A DNA stretch of 64,000 nt from positions 29,884,001 through 29,948,000 of the forward strand of contig NC_043005.1 of assembly GCF_006345805.1 (NCBI RefSeq), written 5' to 3'. Shown here in pieces: positions 1 to 13,545 of this stretch. Position 1 is the first letter of the stretch, and every line of letters begins with the position of its first letter. The DNA comes from Octopus sinensis (taxonomy: Eukaryota). The translations under genes were made by a program, and so were the position numbers. The notes below the pieces were generated by a model that was given only the letters and a program-made list of their open reading frames with translations, had not been told where the DNA came from and searched no databases.

Positions 1-247
1 AACCCTCAGATCCACACCTAACACTTCCCAAGAAATATTAACAGCAACATTATCCTCAGAATTTTTCACTATCATGAAGAACTTGATAACTTGAAATTTA
101 AGACAAACAATTGTAATATTTTTCTGCTAAATTTCCAAAATACCTCATTCTGTGTGATACTTAAAAATAAAATGTCGATTTTCTAAGAAATTCTCTGGAA
201 GTTTAAACACGAAGATTATAAATTTCTTTTGTTTATTTCCTTTGCAG

Positions 248-307
248 AAGCATGCACCAGATGAAATCCAGTGAAAACTCAGTATTTTTAGCAGTTACCA
301 AAAAATG
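248..307 (+). CDS. PDE8: PDE8 exon (REC domain): (R)SMHQMKSSENSVFLAVTKK(C)
   Basis: Pyrimidine tract plus tttgcag acceptor and TG|gtaagt donor; resembles PDE8B RSIRATNPSEHTVILAVV; phase 2 joins the next exon as TG+T=Cys. Confidence 0.85.
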
Positions 308-704
308 GTAAGTGAAGATGTGAAAACTATTGTCTACATTGGAAAGCTGGTTGTCAAAAATAACTTTTATGTTGAATATATATTTAGCTTTACTTTGAAA
401 TGTATTCTTTCTGTATGTTGTCATCATTGTTTGTTGCATTGTAATAGAGAGAATTAATGTTATAAAGAATTTAATGTTACAAAACTAACTCAAAGTTCAG
501 TGGAATTCTTTAATGCCATATTTTCTCTATGTCTCATGATATCAAACTAGAATTCTCTGTTTACTCCATGTTCACACATTTCATATAACATGTATAATAT
601 ATAATCTACCATAACATGTCATTGCTAATCTACTCTGGGTATATGGCTAAACTGAAGACCAGTATTGCAACAGCCATATATAAATATAAATATATATTTA
701 TATA

Positions 705-876
705 GGCGCAGGAGTGGCTGTGTGGTAAGTAGCTTGCTAACCAACCACATGGTTCCGGGTTCAGTCCCACTGCGTGGCATCTTGGGCAAGTGTCTTCTGC
801 TATAACCCTGGGCCGACCAATGCCTTGTGAGTGGATTTGGTAGACGGAAACTGAAAGAAGCCTGTCGTATATGTAA

Positions 877-942
<66 letters not shown>

Positions 943-1093
943 TCCCTAGCAGTTTGGCAAAACAGATCGATAGAATAAGTACTGGGCTTACAACGAATAA
1001 GTCCCGGGGTTGATTTGCTCGACTAAAGGCGGTGCTCCAGCATGGCCGCAGTCAAATGACTGAAACAAGTAAAAGAGTAAAAGAGTAAAGAGT
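705..1093 (+). mobile_element. tRNA-derived SINE family A, near full length
   Basis: A-box-like TGGCTGTGTGG, B-box-like GGTTCAGTCCC, internal (TA)/(TG) tract and (AAAGAGT)n tail; many copies in the window. Confidence 0.85.
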
Positions 1094-1094
1094 A

Positions 1095-1602
1095 TGGGCC
1101 TGACAGAGGCAAAGTGGTTGAGTTCCTCTTGAGTGGTAGGCCTGACGGAGGCACAGTGGCTGGGTTCTTTTCAAGTGTAGGGCCTCATAGAGGCAAAGTA
1201 GCTGAGTTCCACTCGAGTGTTGGGCCTGACAGAAGCAAAGTAGCTGAGTTCCTTTCAAGTGTTGAGCTTGACAGAGGCAATAACCAAGAGCTTTGGCATC
1301 GTGTCATGCTTAAGATGAAAGCTCATCAAGCCGAGCAAAATCAGTCATATCAGATGCTAGTGTCACACAAATTGGCACCTGTGCAGGTGGCATATAAACG
1401 CACCCCACTGTTACACAAATGGCATGTACAAGCACCCATTACACCATTACACCCGCAGAGTGGTTGGCATTAGGAAGGGCATCCAGCCATAGAAAACGAT
1501 GCCAAATCAGACTGGAGTCTGGTGCAGCCTTCCAGCATGTCAGCCCTATCAAACCGTCCAACCCATGCCAGCATAGACAACAGACGATAAATGATGATGA
1601 TG
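1095..1602 (+). mobile_element. RTE LINE 3' UTR fragment preceded by ~4.5 copies of a ~42-bp tandem unit
   Basis: Repeated gggcctgacagaggcaaagt..gagttc units, then the ggaagggcatccagc...ccatgccagcat...(GAT)n end shared with the RTE at 40315-41058. Confidence 0.65.
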
Positions 1603-1679
1603 ATATATATATATGTGTGTGTGTGTGTATGTATATATATATATATATATGTATACAAACACACACATATATATATATG

Positions 1680-1711
<32 letters not shown>

Positions 1712-1908
1712 TGTATATATATTTTATATATAGAGGGCATTATTACACATACATGCCACACGCTAAGAGGGACATTAGTCATTTCTACCAAAACATTTTA
1801 CTAATCATACCCAATGCAATTTTTCCAAAGCTAGACATTTAAAAAATGAATTTAGTCTTGTATCACCTGTGATTTCATACTTATCGCAGTTTCGACCGTA
1901 CTCATCAG

Positions 1909-1947
<39 letters not shown>

Positions 1948-1948
<1 letters not shown>

Positions 1949-2330
1949 GTGCAGGAATGGCTGTGTGGTAAGAAGCTTGCTTTCCAACCATATGCTTCTG
2001 GGTCAGTCCAACTGTATGACACCTTGAACAAGTGTCTGCTACTATAGCCTCAGACCAACCAAAGCCTTGTAAGTGGATTTGGGAGGTGGAAACTGAAAGA
2101 AGCCCACCATATATATATATATAAGTGTGTGCATGTGTGTGTGTATGTGCATGTGTGTGTGTCTTTGTATCTGTATTTGCCATCCACCCCCACACCTCCA
2201 ATCACAACTTGAAAACTGGCGTCGGTGTGTTTACACTCCTGTAACTTGCTGGTTCGGCAATAGGGATCAATAGGATATGTGTCAAGCTGAAAAGAAATTA
2301 CTATTGGGATCAATTTGCTTGAAAAGATCT
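1948..2330 (+). mobile_element. SINE family A copy (3' degenerate)
   Basis: Head and body align with 705-1093. Confidence 0.75.
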
Positions 2331-2736
2331 GCCCAGTAAAATAAAATCCATGTCCATGACCCACTCCTTCCCCCATAACCCACCCATGCTTACTGCTACT
2401 GTTTCCCCCCTCCCCTCCATTCTCCCTCATGCATCTACCCACCTACAGGAACACAAGATGTACCCCACATCATACCCTCCTAATTACCCCCTACCTCTAC
2501 CAGTGCCACCTTCAGCTCTCATTCTCATATATACATCTCTTGCCTATAACATCACAATTCTCACTGTCCTGCAATCTGGACCATCTCATGCCTCTGGTTC
2601 TCACACTGTATAACATTGGAAAATTTCTTTGATTTAGCTTCTCCTCCAACTAAATATACCTGTCACCTAACTTCTCTTCTCAGTACCTGGTACAGATCTC
2701 TGCAATACATCCCAGGCGTGTTTCTTTGTTCTTATA

Positions 2737-3320
2737 TAATAATAATAATAATAAAACATTGTGTACAGTGCTCAGGTGCACTACAACTCATCTAAAGTGT
2801 ATGTATAGTACATAGGGTAATGTACAAGCATCAGGAAAAGAACAGTGCATGAGTCATGACATACACATATGTGTATGAGTATGGAAGGGGGACAATCAGG
2901 TGTAGTTTCGGCGGATTTCGGAAAGCATGAGGGCCTTAAAGGATGCAGTGTCATGGCAGTCAACAACTGACGCAGGCAGTTTGTTCCATGCTTCAGCAAC
3001 TCTGAGCGTGAAAAAATGTTTCCGAAAGTCATGGGAGCTGTGCTGTTTTCTGACTTTGTAGGCATGTCCACGTGTGTTGGACACATGGAGATCAAAAAGG
3101 TGTTCAGTGTTGTTGTTGGTGAGGTGGTTGATAACTTTGTGGGTGTTTACCAAGTCCATCGCCAGACGCCAGAGCTTCAGTGAATCCATGCCCAGGGAAA
3201 CAAGGTGCTCAGAGTATGGTAGGTGTCTGATGGAGGGTATGCGTTTGGTTGCACGTCTCTGAACAGATTCCAGGAGGTCAATATTCTGAGCAAGATAGGG
3301 GTTCCAAACTGATGATGCGG
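2737..3320 (-). mobile_element. CR1-like LINE, 5'-truncated 3' end
   Basis: Encodes the TRGHAYK...FFTLRVAEAWNKLPASVV C-terminus; near-identical to 23913-24410; (TAT)n tail. Confidence 0.88.
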
Positions 3321-3616
3321 TCTATTCCACTGTTCCCCCACCATGTAACCCTAAGTCTAGTTGGGACTTTGCACCAGCCACAAATTTGGTCTGTGGCTCT
3401 CAGTAAGTTGTTCTCTCAGAACTGTATATATACACAGTAAGATAACAGCTTTGTATATATACAGTATCAATAACTGCCATGTTATAAGTTACAGCATTCA
3501 CCCATGTTATAATACTATGTACAGCTATGCAGCTTTACATTATATTCTTATCAACTCAGATGTCAACATCTCCTTTGCATCTTCTGTTCGTGAAACACCA
3601 ATGTTGTTGATAAATT

Positions 3617-3830
3617 GGCAAGCTGACAGAAACGTCAGTGTGCCGGGCGAAATGTTTAGCAGTCTGTCTTTATGTTCTGAGTTCAAATTCCGCCAAGGTC
3701 ATCTTTGCCTTTCCTCTTTTCAGGGTCAATAAATTAAGTACCGGTTGCATACTAGGGTCAATCAAATCGACCGCCCCCACCCCCACCCCTCCCATGCAAT
3801 TTTGGGCCTTGTGCCTAGAGTAGAAAAGAA
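3617..3830 (+). mobile_element. SINE family C
   Basis: B-box-like gagttcaaattcc and gcctttc(a)tc(c)tttc.gggtc.ataaa.taagtacc core; copies at 8995, 32755, 52765 and 63300. Confidence 0.75.
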
Positions 3831-4617
3831 CGTTGTTGATAATGTTGATAAGGTCAATGTGGTGAGAAGGGCAGGTATTTTTTCCCCCTCTATCTACCTT
3901 AGGGAAGTTAAACAACTACAAGCAAATGCTGAAATCAGCATCCAACATTATCCCCATCTCTGACCATCTGTCGCACTTTTCACACTTTTGCAAACTTATC
4001 CACCCCTTTCTGATCCTTGTTTTCTTTTTCCCCTTTCCTCATCTTGTACCTTACTGCTCTGTCCTCACCATCTCTTTCTCTCTCTCTTTCCAACAGTTGT
4101 AGTCATGCATCTCCTCTACACCTGTTTCTGTTCCTCTCTCGTTCTTTAACACCACAACACCTTGCATAGAGCTACCTCTCTTAATATTGCACACCCTCAC
4201 ACAGTTGAGGGGCCTTTACTTCTGAGTTACTTGGTGACCTCACTAGTGTTGGTGCCAGGAAAAAAGTATTTTGTATATTTTGTAAAGTGGTTGGTGTCAG
4301 GAAGGACATCCAGGCATAGAAACCATGCATGAGCAGATCTTTACTGCTTGCTGCAGTCCTCTAACTCTTCAGCTCTTGTCAAACCCTCCAACCCATGCTA
4401 TCATGGCAAAACAGACATTAGACAATGATGATAACGACTTGGGTCTTCCCTTATTTTCACTCATCTTTATTATTACATCCTCCACTCACATTCCCTGTCA
4501 CACTTTTCACTCAACTTCTCCATTTACCCTTACCTTCCACTCACTTTCTGTTACATCTCCACACACCACTCGTCACTGGGATATACAGAAAAAGATGAAA
4601 TGGTGAGACACATCTGC

Positions 4618-4630
4618 CTCTCTCTCTCTC

Positions 4631-4705
<75 letters not shown>
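4618..4705. repeat. (CT)n microsatellite
   Basis: Direct inspection. Confidence 0.95.
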
Positions 4706-4707
<2 letters not shown>

Positions 4708-5166
4708 TCCTGTTTCTGTAATTTCACACTGACTTCATGAAAATATCACATCACATTGATTTTTAACACCATTCAACAACAACAACAAATGATAAAACTC
4801 AAAATATATAAGAAATGGTAGTAAACAAATAAACAAAAAAACCCAATCAAAGCTGTATATATTTTAATCAGTAAAGGTGTGGATTCTTCCAGAATGTTCT
4901 GTAATTCTGTGATATTGATAATAGAAAGTGTTTTTATCCAGTTGGTGTGTTGATTAATCCTGCTTTATGACAACTGACAGATAAAGATGATGACAAATGA
5001 TTGTCTTGGAGGAATCTGTCATCGCAGTATCTTTCAGTGATTCCAGATAAAACTTGTGTTGATACAAACTATATAGAGACAATCTGGCTTAAAAGGGCGA
5101 TGGTGGTGGTAGTGGTGGTGGTGGTGGCGGCGGTGGTGGCGGATTGGAATATATTAATCTGTGTGG

Positions 5167-5199
<33 letters not shown>

Positions 5200-5289
5200 G
5201 ATATGTATGGTTGAGTGTGGATGTGTTTTGATATGTGTGCATATGTGCACTAGGATTATTGCTCACTAAAGATTATCGTGCAAAGTATG

Positions 5290-5320
<31 letters not shown>

Positions 5321-6385
5321 CTCACTAATATATGTGTGTATATATATCTATATATGTGTGTGTGTGTGTATATATATGTGTGTGTGTGTGTATATATGTG
5401 TGTGTATGTATGTATGCATACATACATACACACATTAATGTATGTATATGTGTGTGTGTGTGTATATATATATATTTTTATATGTCTATATATATGTATG
5501 TGTATATGTATGTATGTAGGATTTTGTATAAAACTCCTACAAGACACCAGTATGATAATATAGTTATTGATTATGGAATATATTTAATCCCCATAATATA
5601 TTGGCCATGTGATATCCTATAAGATATTGTTTATCGCCAATATCAGTTATCCAATAGACTAGTTATTGATCTCAGCTGCACAAGATAATGGTTACATTAG
5701 TATTTCTTCAACGTTTGTAGATTTGATGAAATTGACCATGGACCAAGTAAAATACAAGCTTGAACTATGTAAAAATTGAACCCAGGGCAATCTCTTGTGG
5801 CGGTCAGCATCTACCCACACCCAAAACAATTTTTCTCCCCTAATACCCTCTCACAGCTCTAAATCTATTCCTCTTATCATTCTTCACCCTCTTATCTTGA
5901 TCTGTCTTTTTGTTGTCCTATTTTACTATGTTATTTCAAATTTCAAATCCCACCAAGGTTGCTGTAATCAGCTTAATCCTGTTCAAATTTGTGGGGCCTT
6001 GTTACAAAGCTAGTAATCAATATCAGTTTATGAAACATTCTTGGATTCTTCCATCTGATTCTTGCGACAAAAGATCTACATCTGGAACATTCCTCCTCAA
6101 AGTACAGGCCTGGGAAAGGAGTTTTATGAAAAATCATTAGGTACCCCTGCTTGTAGGTGTTCCGTCTCTTTTCACTATTGATACTCACCAAGCAAAACGA
6201 TAAGAGCCAATACATCTAGGCACCTTTATCATCACAGGTGTTGCTCTCAGAATGCAAACAACTGGGAAAGATATCATAAAACATCTCATTCAAGATGAGA
6301 TAGAAACAAATGCTTCTTTGATCTTAATTGAAATATTTAATCAGGATATTATTTTGCCTCATTATTGATAACATAATCCTATTTA

Positions 6386-6712
6386 AATTAGAAAATTACT
6401 ATTTTTAAATCTCACAATGAGAGATATTCAGCAACAGTACTTTGGTTGTTTGCCAACATAACATGGCAGTCCTGATTTAGGATGAATGTTACTGTAATTT
6501 AGCCCCAAGGGACATTGTCTCCAGCTGGCTATATGACATGATCTGTGTCCTTATATTGTTTTGAGCTGATTGGGGCGCTAGATACCCTTGTTTGAAAATA
6601 TAAGGACACAGATCGTGTCGTGTAGCCAGTTAGAGACAATGTCTCCTGGGGCTAAACTACAACAACAGTCGTCCTAAACCAGGACTACCATGTTATGTTG
6701 GCAAACAATCTT
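6386..6712. mobile_element. Fold-back repeat element (arms 6446-6557 and 6597-6708)
   Basis: ~112-bp inverted arms; a second copy lies in opposite orientation at 57987-58275. Confidence 0.8.
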
Positions 6713-7149
6713 TATAATCATTTTTGTTCAGCAAATTGTTGATATTCTCAAACATAAAATTCTTCAGATTTCAAAGCCAAGTAACACTCGCTCTCAATGA
6801 AAGGCAATCTGCAGGAGAAATTTTTCCCAAGTGAAACTGGCCAAACCATCGTGGCATCCAGACACTTAATGTTTCATTTCCACTGACAGAATGAATATTT
6901 CTTGCTGTTTCCTTTGCTGACCCCTTTTGAATTCATACAGCATACTGTGTCTGTTATGGTCTAATCTGAACTCATTTCAAAAGGATAAAGTCGATATGCT
7001 TATAAAATAATCTAGAGAAACAAAGAGAGAGAGAGTGAGAGACAGAGAGTAAGATAGTGAGTAAGAGGGGGGAGAGAGTGTGAGAGAAAACATTACAATG
7101 TAAAAATTGATGTTTATTTTACTGTAAGCATTGAAAAAGTATCTTCAAA

Positions 7150-7545
7150 GGTGCAGGTGTGGCCGTGTGGTAAGAAACTTACTTCCCAGCCACATACTTC
7201 TGGGTTCAGTCCCACTGTGTGGCACCTTGGGCAAGTATTCTCTACTATAGCCTCAGGCTGACCAAAGCCTTGTGATTGGATTTGGGTGACAGAAACTGAA
7301 AGAAGCCCATTGCATGTGTGTGTGTGTGTTTATATGTATGTGTGTGTGTGTTTATCCTCTCCACTGCTCGATAACTGGTGTTGGTGTGTTTATGTCCTTC
7401 TGACTTAGCAGTTTGGAAAAAGTGTCAGATAGAATAAGTACCTGGCTTACAAAAAAATAAATTCTGGAGTCAAAACATTTGACTAGAAATTTTTCAAGGC
7501 AGTGCTCCAGCATGGCCACAGTCATATGACTGAAACAAGTAAAAA
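7150..7545 (+). mobile_element. SINE family A copy
   Basis: Full head, (TG)n tract and tail align with 705-1093. Confidence 0.85.
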
Positions 7546-8278
7546 GGTGGGAAGAAGATAAAATGATCTCATCGAAAATGTGACTGGTCCTTCTTTCCAA
7601 CTCCTCCCCTCTAAATCTGCTGCCCAATGTCCTTGTCTTAATTGCTAACCACCACAATCCCTGATGAAAAATAAAGTTTACCTAGGCAGGATTTGAACTC
7701 ATGATGCGTAGGGTCAGAAAAACTACCACAAGGCTGTCTAGTTCAGTATTCTAATAACACTACTAATTTGCTTATCTTGTCATTCAGGTTCCATGCTTGC
7801 TAACTGTATGAGATGCTGATTTATCACATTAGGATAAAGCTACCTTGGGCTATAAGGGATAGTATAGACCACAGTGTATAACTGGTATTCACTATTTGTC
7901 GAATACAAGTGAATTTCAAGATTTCTGCATAGAATCAATAGATGCAGAGTAAAGATTTATGCAGACAAACTATTATCAGGATTGTAAGGTTAATTCTGGA
8001 AACATTAATTGGTGTAAGAATAAACCAAGGATTTTAACTTATTCCAGAATATTCCTTTACTTCAGATCTCCTTTAATTTTGTTCTCACCTTAAAAGTTAT
8101 CTCTCTCTCTCTCTTTCTCAGTTGCTTACATACACACATGTGCGCACACACATAAACACACACACACACACACATCAAATCTACACTGCATTAACCACTC
8201 ATTTTTCCCACATCCATCCCCACCACCACTACTACTACAACCATTATAGCTCTTCTTTTTCTTCTTCTTTTTCAACAG

Positions 8279-8336
8279 TCCTTCAGATAAGGAAGAACCA
8301 TGTATTTTCACCCTTCTCCAAGCAGGTTTTAATAAA
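8279..8336 (+). CDS. PDE8: PDE8 exon (end of REC): PSDKEEPCIFTLLQAGFNK
   Basis: ttcaacag acceptor and gtgagt donor; resembles PDE8B SDDHEEASVLPLLHAGFNR. Confidence 0.9.
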
Positions 8337-8994
8337 GTGAGTAATTCTGCATGATTTTCTTCTTCAAATATTCACCTAAAAAAAGAGAGCACTATTATTT
8401 ATTAAATATTGCTGTTGTTGTTGTTGTTATTAGAGTTGGTATTGTTATTGTATTGTTGTTTTTTCAAATGAATCTAATTAATTCCAGAACCATTTGACAC
8501 CATAAAATGTTCGTTACTACATCAAAACATGCGTTTAGGGACAATTTGTTCCAAAACCTCAACCAAGTCCTAAAATCTAAAGTTCCAAAATATCGTTTTA
8601 AAAATTAATAAAATATAGACGATCAATAACAAAAAAAATAACAATAAAATAAATGGATATTGTAAAAACAACTGCATTTGTAATCATATGATAAAATAAT
8701 ATCAAGAATAAATAAACAGAAATTTTTAAAATCATTAAATAAAAATATCCTCAGATAAAGTGAAAGATCTTTATTCTGTGAACATATCAAAGATAACAGC
8801 CATTAGGATAACATTTATAATATAAACAGATGTCAGTGCATGATAAATAGTATAATATGTAATAAATAAACAGCTAAAACAAAGTAATTAATTAAATTTT
8901 TGAGATATTTAATCAATCATTTAATTAAACTCATCATCATTTTTGATCTTGTATTATATAAAATAATGATGATGATGACAATGACGATGATAGT

Positions 8995-9204
8995 TTCTAC
9001 TAAAGGCACAAGGCCTGAAATTTTGGGAGAAGGAACTGGTTGATTACATCAACCCCAGTTCACAACTGGTACTTATTTTATTGACCCCGAAAGGATGAAA
9101 GGCAAAATTGACCTTGGCAGAATTTGAACTTTGAATGTAAAGACAGACGAAATAATGTTAAGCATTTTGTCTGGTGTGCTAACATTTCTGCCAGCTCACC
9201 GCCT
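8995..9204 (-). mobile_element. SINE family C copy
   Basis: Reverse complement of the 63300-63521 family. Confidence 0.75.
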
Positions 9205-10096
9205 TGGGTCATAGAAATATTGAATTCAAAAAGGTGGCTAAAGTTGTTGTTGGAAAGATGGAGGATAATTTTGTGAGCTTCTAGCCAATCAGATGCTGGT
9301 TGTCAAGTCTTTAATGTGTTGATGCTCAGAGAAGCAAAACAATCTGGATAAGTGAAATGGAAAAATATTTGTCTGGTTGCACATCTCTGGGTACTTTTCA
9401 GCAGATTGATTTCTTTCTTTTTGATATGTCATTAAAGGAAAATAATTCAACATGATTTCTGGTCCTTGTATGTTAATTTTAAAAACTGAATTTTTTAAAA
9501 ATGTGTATTTGTGAAGTGAGACAGTCCAAAATATTTGCAGCATTTTATCACCAAGGTGGTTTATACCTTACTCAACATCCTCTAACAGGATGATGCAGTC
9601 TCACAATGTCAGTAAACTCATACCAGAGACAACAAAACCTTTTTTAGCTCTTCAGATACATTTCTTTATTTATTTTAGTTCTCCTCCTTCTCAGCATTCA
9701 ATCATTGTTGCATAGATTCAACCATTTCTCTATAGAGTTCCTTCAGTTAATTAATTGATATTTCTCTTCTATACTTTTCAGTTTAGTTGTTCATGTCTAC
9801 TTTGTTCACCACCACACACACACATGCACACACACACACACACACACACACACCATAGATTGCTTAAACATACAATTTCCTCAACTACAGGCTCTGTTCT
9901 CAAACATTTCAAAATCCATTGAAGAGACATCAGATCACAGTGTTCTCTCAGCAAACTTCAAGCACTCAAAACAAAGCTCTCTTTCCATGATTTCACTATA
10001 AAATGTAACAGCATCTGCTTAATAAAGTGATCAGACCAAGACTCAAAAAACAAAGTCACTTAAAATCTGGCCTTGAATAGAGGTTTTGTATACTAT

Positions 10097-10349
10097 TTTA
10101 CTTGTTTCAGTCATTTGACTGCAGCCATGCTGGAGCACCGCCTTTAGTCGAGCAAATTGACCCCAGGACTTATTCTTGGTAAGCCTAGTACTTATTCTAT
10201 CAGTCTCTTTTGCCGAACCACTAAGTTACAGGGACGTAAACACACCAGCATCGGTTGTCAAGCAATGTTGGGAGACAAACACAGACACACGAACACACAT
10301 ACATACATATATATATATATATATATCTATCTATCTATCTATATATATT

Positions 10350-10382
<33 letters not shown>

Positions 10383-10543
10383 CGACAGGCTTCTTTCAGT
10401 TTCCATCTACCAAATCCACCCACAAGGCTTTGGTCAGTCCGAGGCTATAGTAGAAGACACTTGCCCATGTTGCCATGCAGTGGAACTGAACCCGGAACCA
10501 TGTGGTTGGTAAGCAAGCTATTACCACACAGCCACTCCTGCAC
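10097..10543 (-). mobile_element. SINE family A copy
   Basis: Reverse complement of 705-1093 with internal (TA)n. Confidence 0.85.
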
Positions 10544-10879
10544 CTATACACACATTTACTGTCACTTGCAGATCTAAGAATTGTACCAGAGAAATGGACT
10601 TTGATAAAAATGAAACTCCTGTGGCATTTGGTCCATGAGGTTAGGAAGGTGAACTGAAACATTGTCCACTTCAAGAAAAGGTCTTCATTGAATGTCACTT
10701 ACTGAGGTAGTCATATATAATGGGGGAGAACATGTTAGTCAGTCATGCAGTAAAAATGTTCTTAGTAATCCAAACCTTCAAGCTGGAAACCAAATGAACA
10801 TTAAGTTTATTCTCATTTATGTTTTATGAAATTCTGGGCTTATTTGAGTGACACACAGGAAGTTGCTTCACCTTCAAAT

Positions 10880-11200
10880 CCCTGAGGATAGGTAAATCTA
10901 TCATTCATTGGCCAATGTCCAGACAATCTTTTCGCCTCTTGTGGGAAGCTCCTTCTTCATAGTCCATGTTTCAGTTCTACAGACAGGAATGTCCTCTACA
11001 CATGACCCTGAAGAAAGTAAGTCTTATTCCCTTTGAAATACTTCACTTACTGGTGATTTCAAGATTGTTACAGATGTTCTAGGGTTGTCTGTTTCACGTA
11101 AGGAAGTTTTTCTTACAATCAGCAACATAGGACCCAAATTGTTTGAAGTCACAGACCTTATTAAGTTGTGAACCATCACTGTAACAGATAGGTGGTTGGC
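10880..11200 (-). pseudogene. Decayed RTE-type reverse transcriptase fragment
   Basis: Minus strand reads KVCDFKQFGSYVADCKKNFLT...RLTFFR...TWTMKKE with stops; fits the RTE pattern DFKYLGS...FFR...ETWT. Confidence 0.6.
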
Positions 11201-11857
11201 TTTGGAGGCGCTCTGAGTTGACAAGACACAAAGTTGTCAAAGCACCAGTTGTCCCAGAACCCATTGCACTAATGAATCATGTACTATGAACACACATTCA
11301 TCATAAAGAAGAAATTGCTCTCCTCTGATGAAACAGTGATTTGCTTGTTCATGTTCAAATCCTCTAGAGCTTAAATATGCAAGTCATTGTTTCATCTTAA
11401 CCGTTTACCCAGAAAGATGAAGCACATGGTCGTCATGTAGTTCATCTTTTTTTGCATTGAGAAACAGACAAGATTAATGGAGAACTTAGCTTACTACCAG
11501 CATTTCGCAATTGCCTTCATATGTCATTGTTGTGTGATCACACAGTCTTTTACCATTGCAGTTAATCAGCTGAACAATGGTGACTGTCCCAGAGAGCCAT
11601 CATCCTAGTTAAATCATATCTTTTGCCCAGCTGAGAATCATAACACACACACACTCACACACACACACACTCGCATACTCTTACACACTCTCTTTCTCTC
11701 TTTCACACTCACACATACACACACACACACATTCCAATATGCCCTGAGGATCCCAAGCAGATGGGAAGCAATGCGATATATTGCACACCTCTTCCCACAG
11801 TCCATCTACACCTAGAACCCTGCAGCTACTGCACACTCTGACATACAATCAAGTACT

Positions 11858-12086
11858 TTAACCCTTTCGATACCAACCCGGCTGAAACTGGCTCTGGCTC
11901 TGAGTACAAATGTCTTGTTTTCATAAGTTCTGAATTAAAATCTTCCACCAAACCTTAGTCACAATTTATGTTCCTAACACTAGCTGAATGATAACTAAGT
12001 TATTTTACTAATTTCTTTGCTATATTTAAAATTAATTGAAAGAAACACAGAGCATCTCAAAATAAATACAGTAATGAAAGGGTTAA
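11858..12086. mobile_element. piggyBac-type MITE
   Basis: TTAA-CCCTTTC...GAAAGGG-TTAA termini; further copies at 62512, 62766 and ~33668-34060. Confidence 0.78.
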
Positions 12087-12489
12087 TGAATGCAATGCAT
12101 CAGTCTGGATACGTTGCATTCTTCCCACCCCCCTGCTCCTGTATTGCCACACATTACTTTACACTCTGACATGTATGGAGTGCGACCTGAACTTATTGCA
12201 TGCTCTCCACTATCCAGTCTATCCCTTGTACATCTATAGATCCTAGCAACAGCCATTGTAGTGGTAGGCAAGGTGGACTTAGTCAGAATGCAACAGTCAC
12301 TGTTCCTTTCTACTCATTGTTGGTGGTGTGGATCTGAGTCTTGAAGCAGTGAGGTTTATTGTTGTCGTCATCTTCTTCTTCTTCTTCTCTTCTTCTTCTT
12401 CTTCTTCTCCTCCTCCTTCTCCTTCTCCTCATCCTCATCCCCGCTCCTCCTCCTCCTTCTTCTTCTTCTTCTTCTTCTTCTTCTTCTTC

Positions 12490-12971
12490 CAATCAGGACT
12501 CACACCATTAGCCACAAAGAATAATCTCTATTTCGAGCCTACTCTAACTACTAAGTATGCGTGTGGCAACTTGAAGATCCACCCAACACACGCGATAGAC
12601 TGGCAGTTGCACGGGCGCAAAAGCTACATTGTTATCCTCATTCCGTCAATGGTGAGTTTTAATGGGTGGAGAGCTGAACCATCCTGGGGTACAGAGGATT
12701 CGCAATCTAGGCTAGGGTCTGAAAGTTTACCACACCATAGTGGGTTACACCATAGTTCCTCTGCTTTGTGGCTGAAGTAGGAAGAAAGAGTGAGAGAAAG
12801 TTGTGGTGAAAGAGTACAGTGGGGTTCGCCCCCCATCCCACCCACTGCCGAAGCCTCGTGGACCTTAGGTGTCTTTGCTCAATAAACACTCACAATGCCC
12901 TGTCTGGGAATTGAAACAGCGTTCTTATGACTGCAAGTCCACTGCCCTAACCACTGGGCCATTGCGCCTCC
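12490..12971 (-). mobile_element. tRNA-derived SINE family B (tail type 2, ends in (GAA)n)
   Basis: Head GGAGGCGCAATGGCCCAGTGGTTAGGGCAG is shared with 37099. Confidence 0.8.
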
Positions 12972-13207
12972 ACCATTGTTGTTGTTGCGGTTATATCTAT
13001 GTTTGTTTATGCTTTCTGAGTTGAGTGGCAGAAACTGTTTTTAAGGTGTCATTGTAGTGGTACTCCAGGTATTGAATTAGTGTATAGGGTGCATGAGAGG
13101 GAGTGTATTTTGAATGATGTTGGAATAGTCCTCTGGGTTACTGTACATGTGTCCGGGTATTTGGAGACAGGAACTTTGGCGGTTGAAGTTTGCAGCGGAA
13201 GCAAATT

Positions 13208-13291
13208 GTATATTTTTAATATTTCTAATTGACAGAAAGTTACAAGAAGTGTCTTGTAACTTTCTGTCAATTAGAAATATTAAAAATATAC
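13208..13291. repeat. Perfect hairpin, 40-bp arms with 4-nt loop
   Basis: Arms checked base by base. Confidence 0.95.
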
Positions 13292-13495
13292 TCCTGTATT
13301 AAGTTCTATCTTTCCTATTGGTTCTACCAAACCTATATTCGTGTGTGTGTGCGTGTCAGACCATCATCATTTAATGTCAGCTTTCCATGCTGGCATGGGT
13401 TAGACAGTTTGACATGGGGCTGGCTTGCAGGGAGCTGTACAGGCTCCAGCTGTCTGTTGAGGTATGGTTTCTATGGCTGGCTGGCTGTATGTATG

Positions 13496-13545
<50 letters not shown>

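Noticed and set aside
6189-6261. Minus-strand exon-like segment with good acceptor and gtgagt donor
   Set aside because: It has one open frame but no recognisable homology or partner exons; likely chance.
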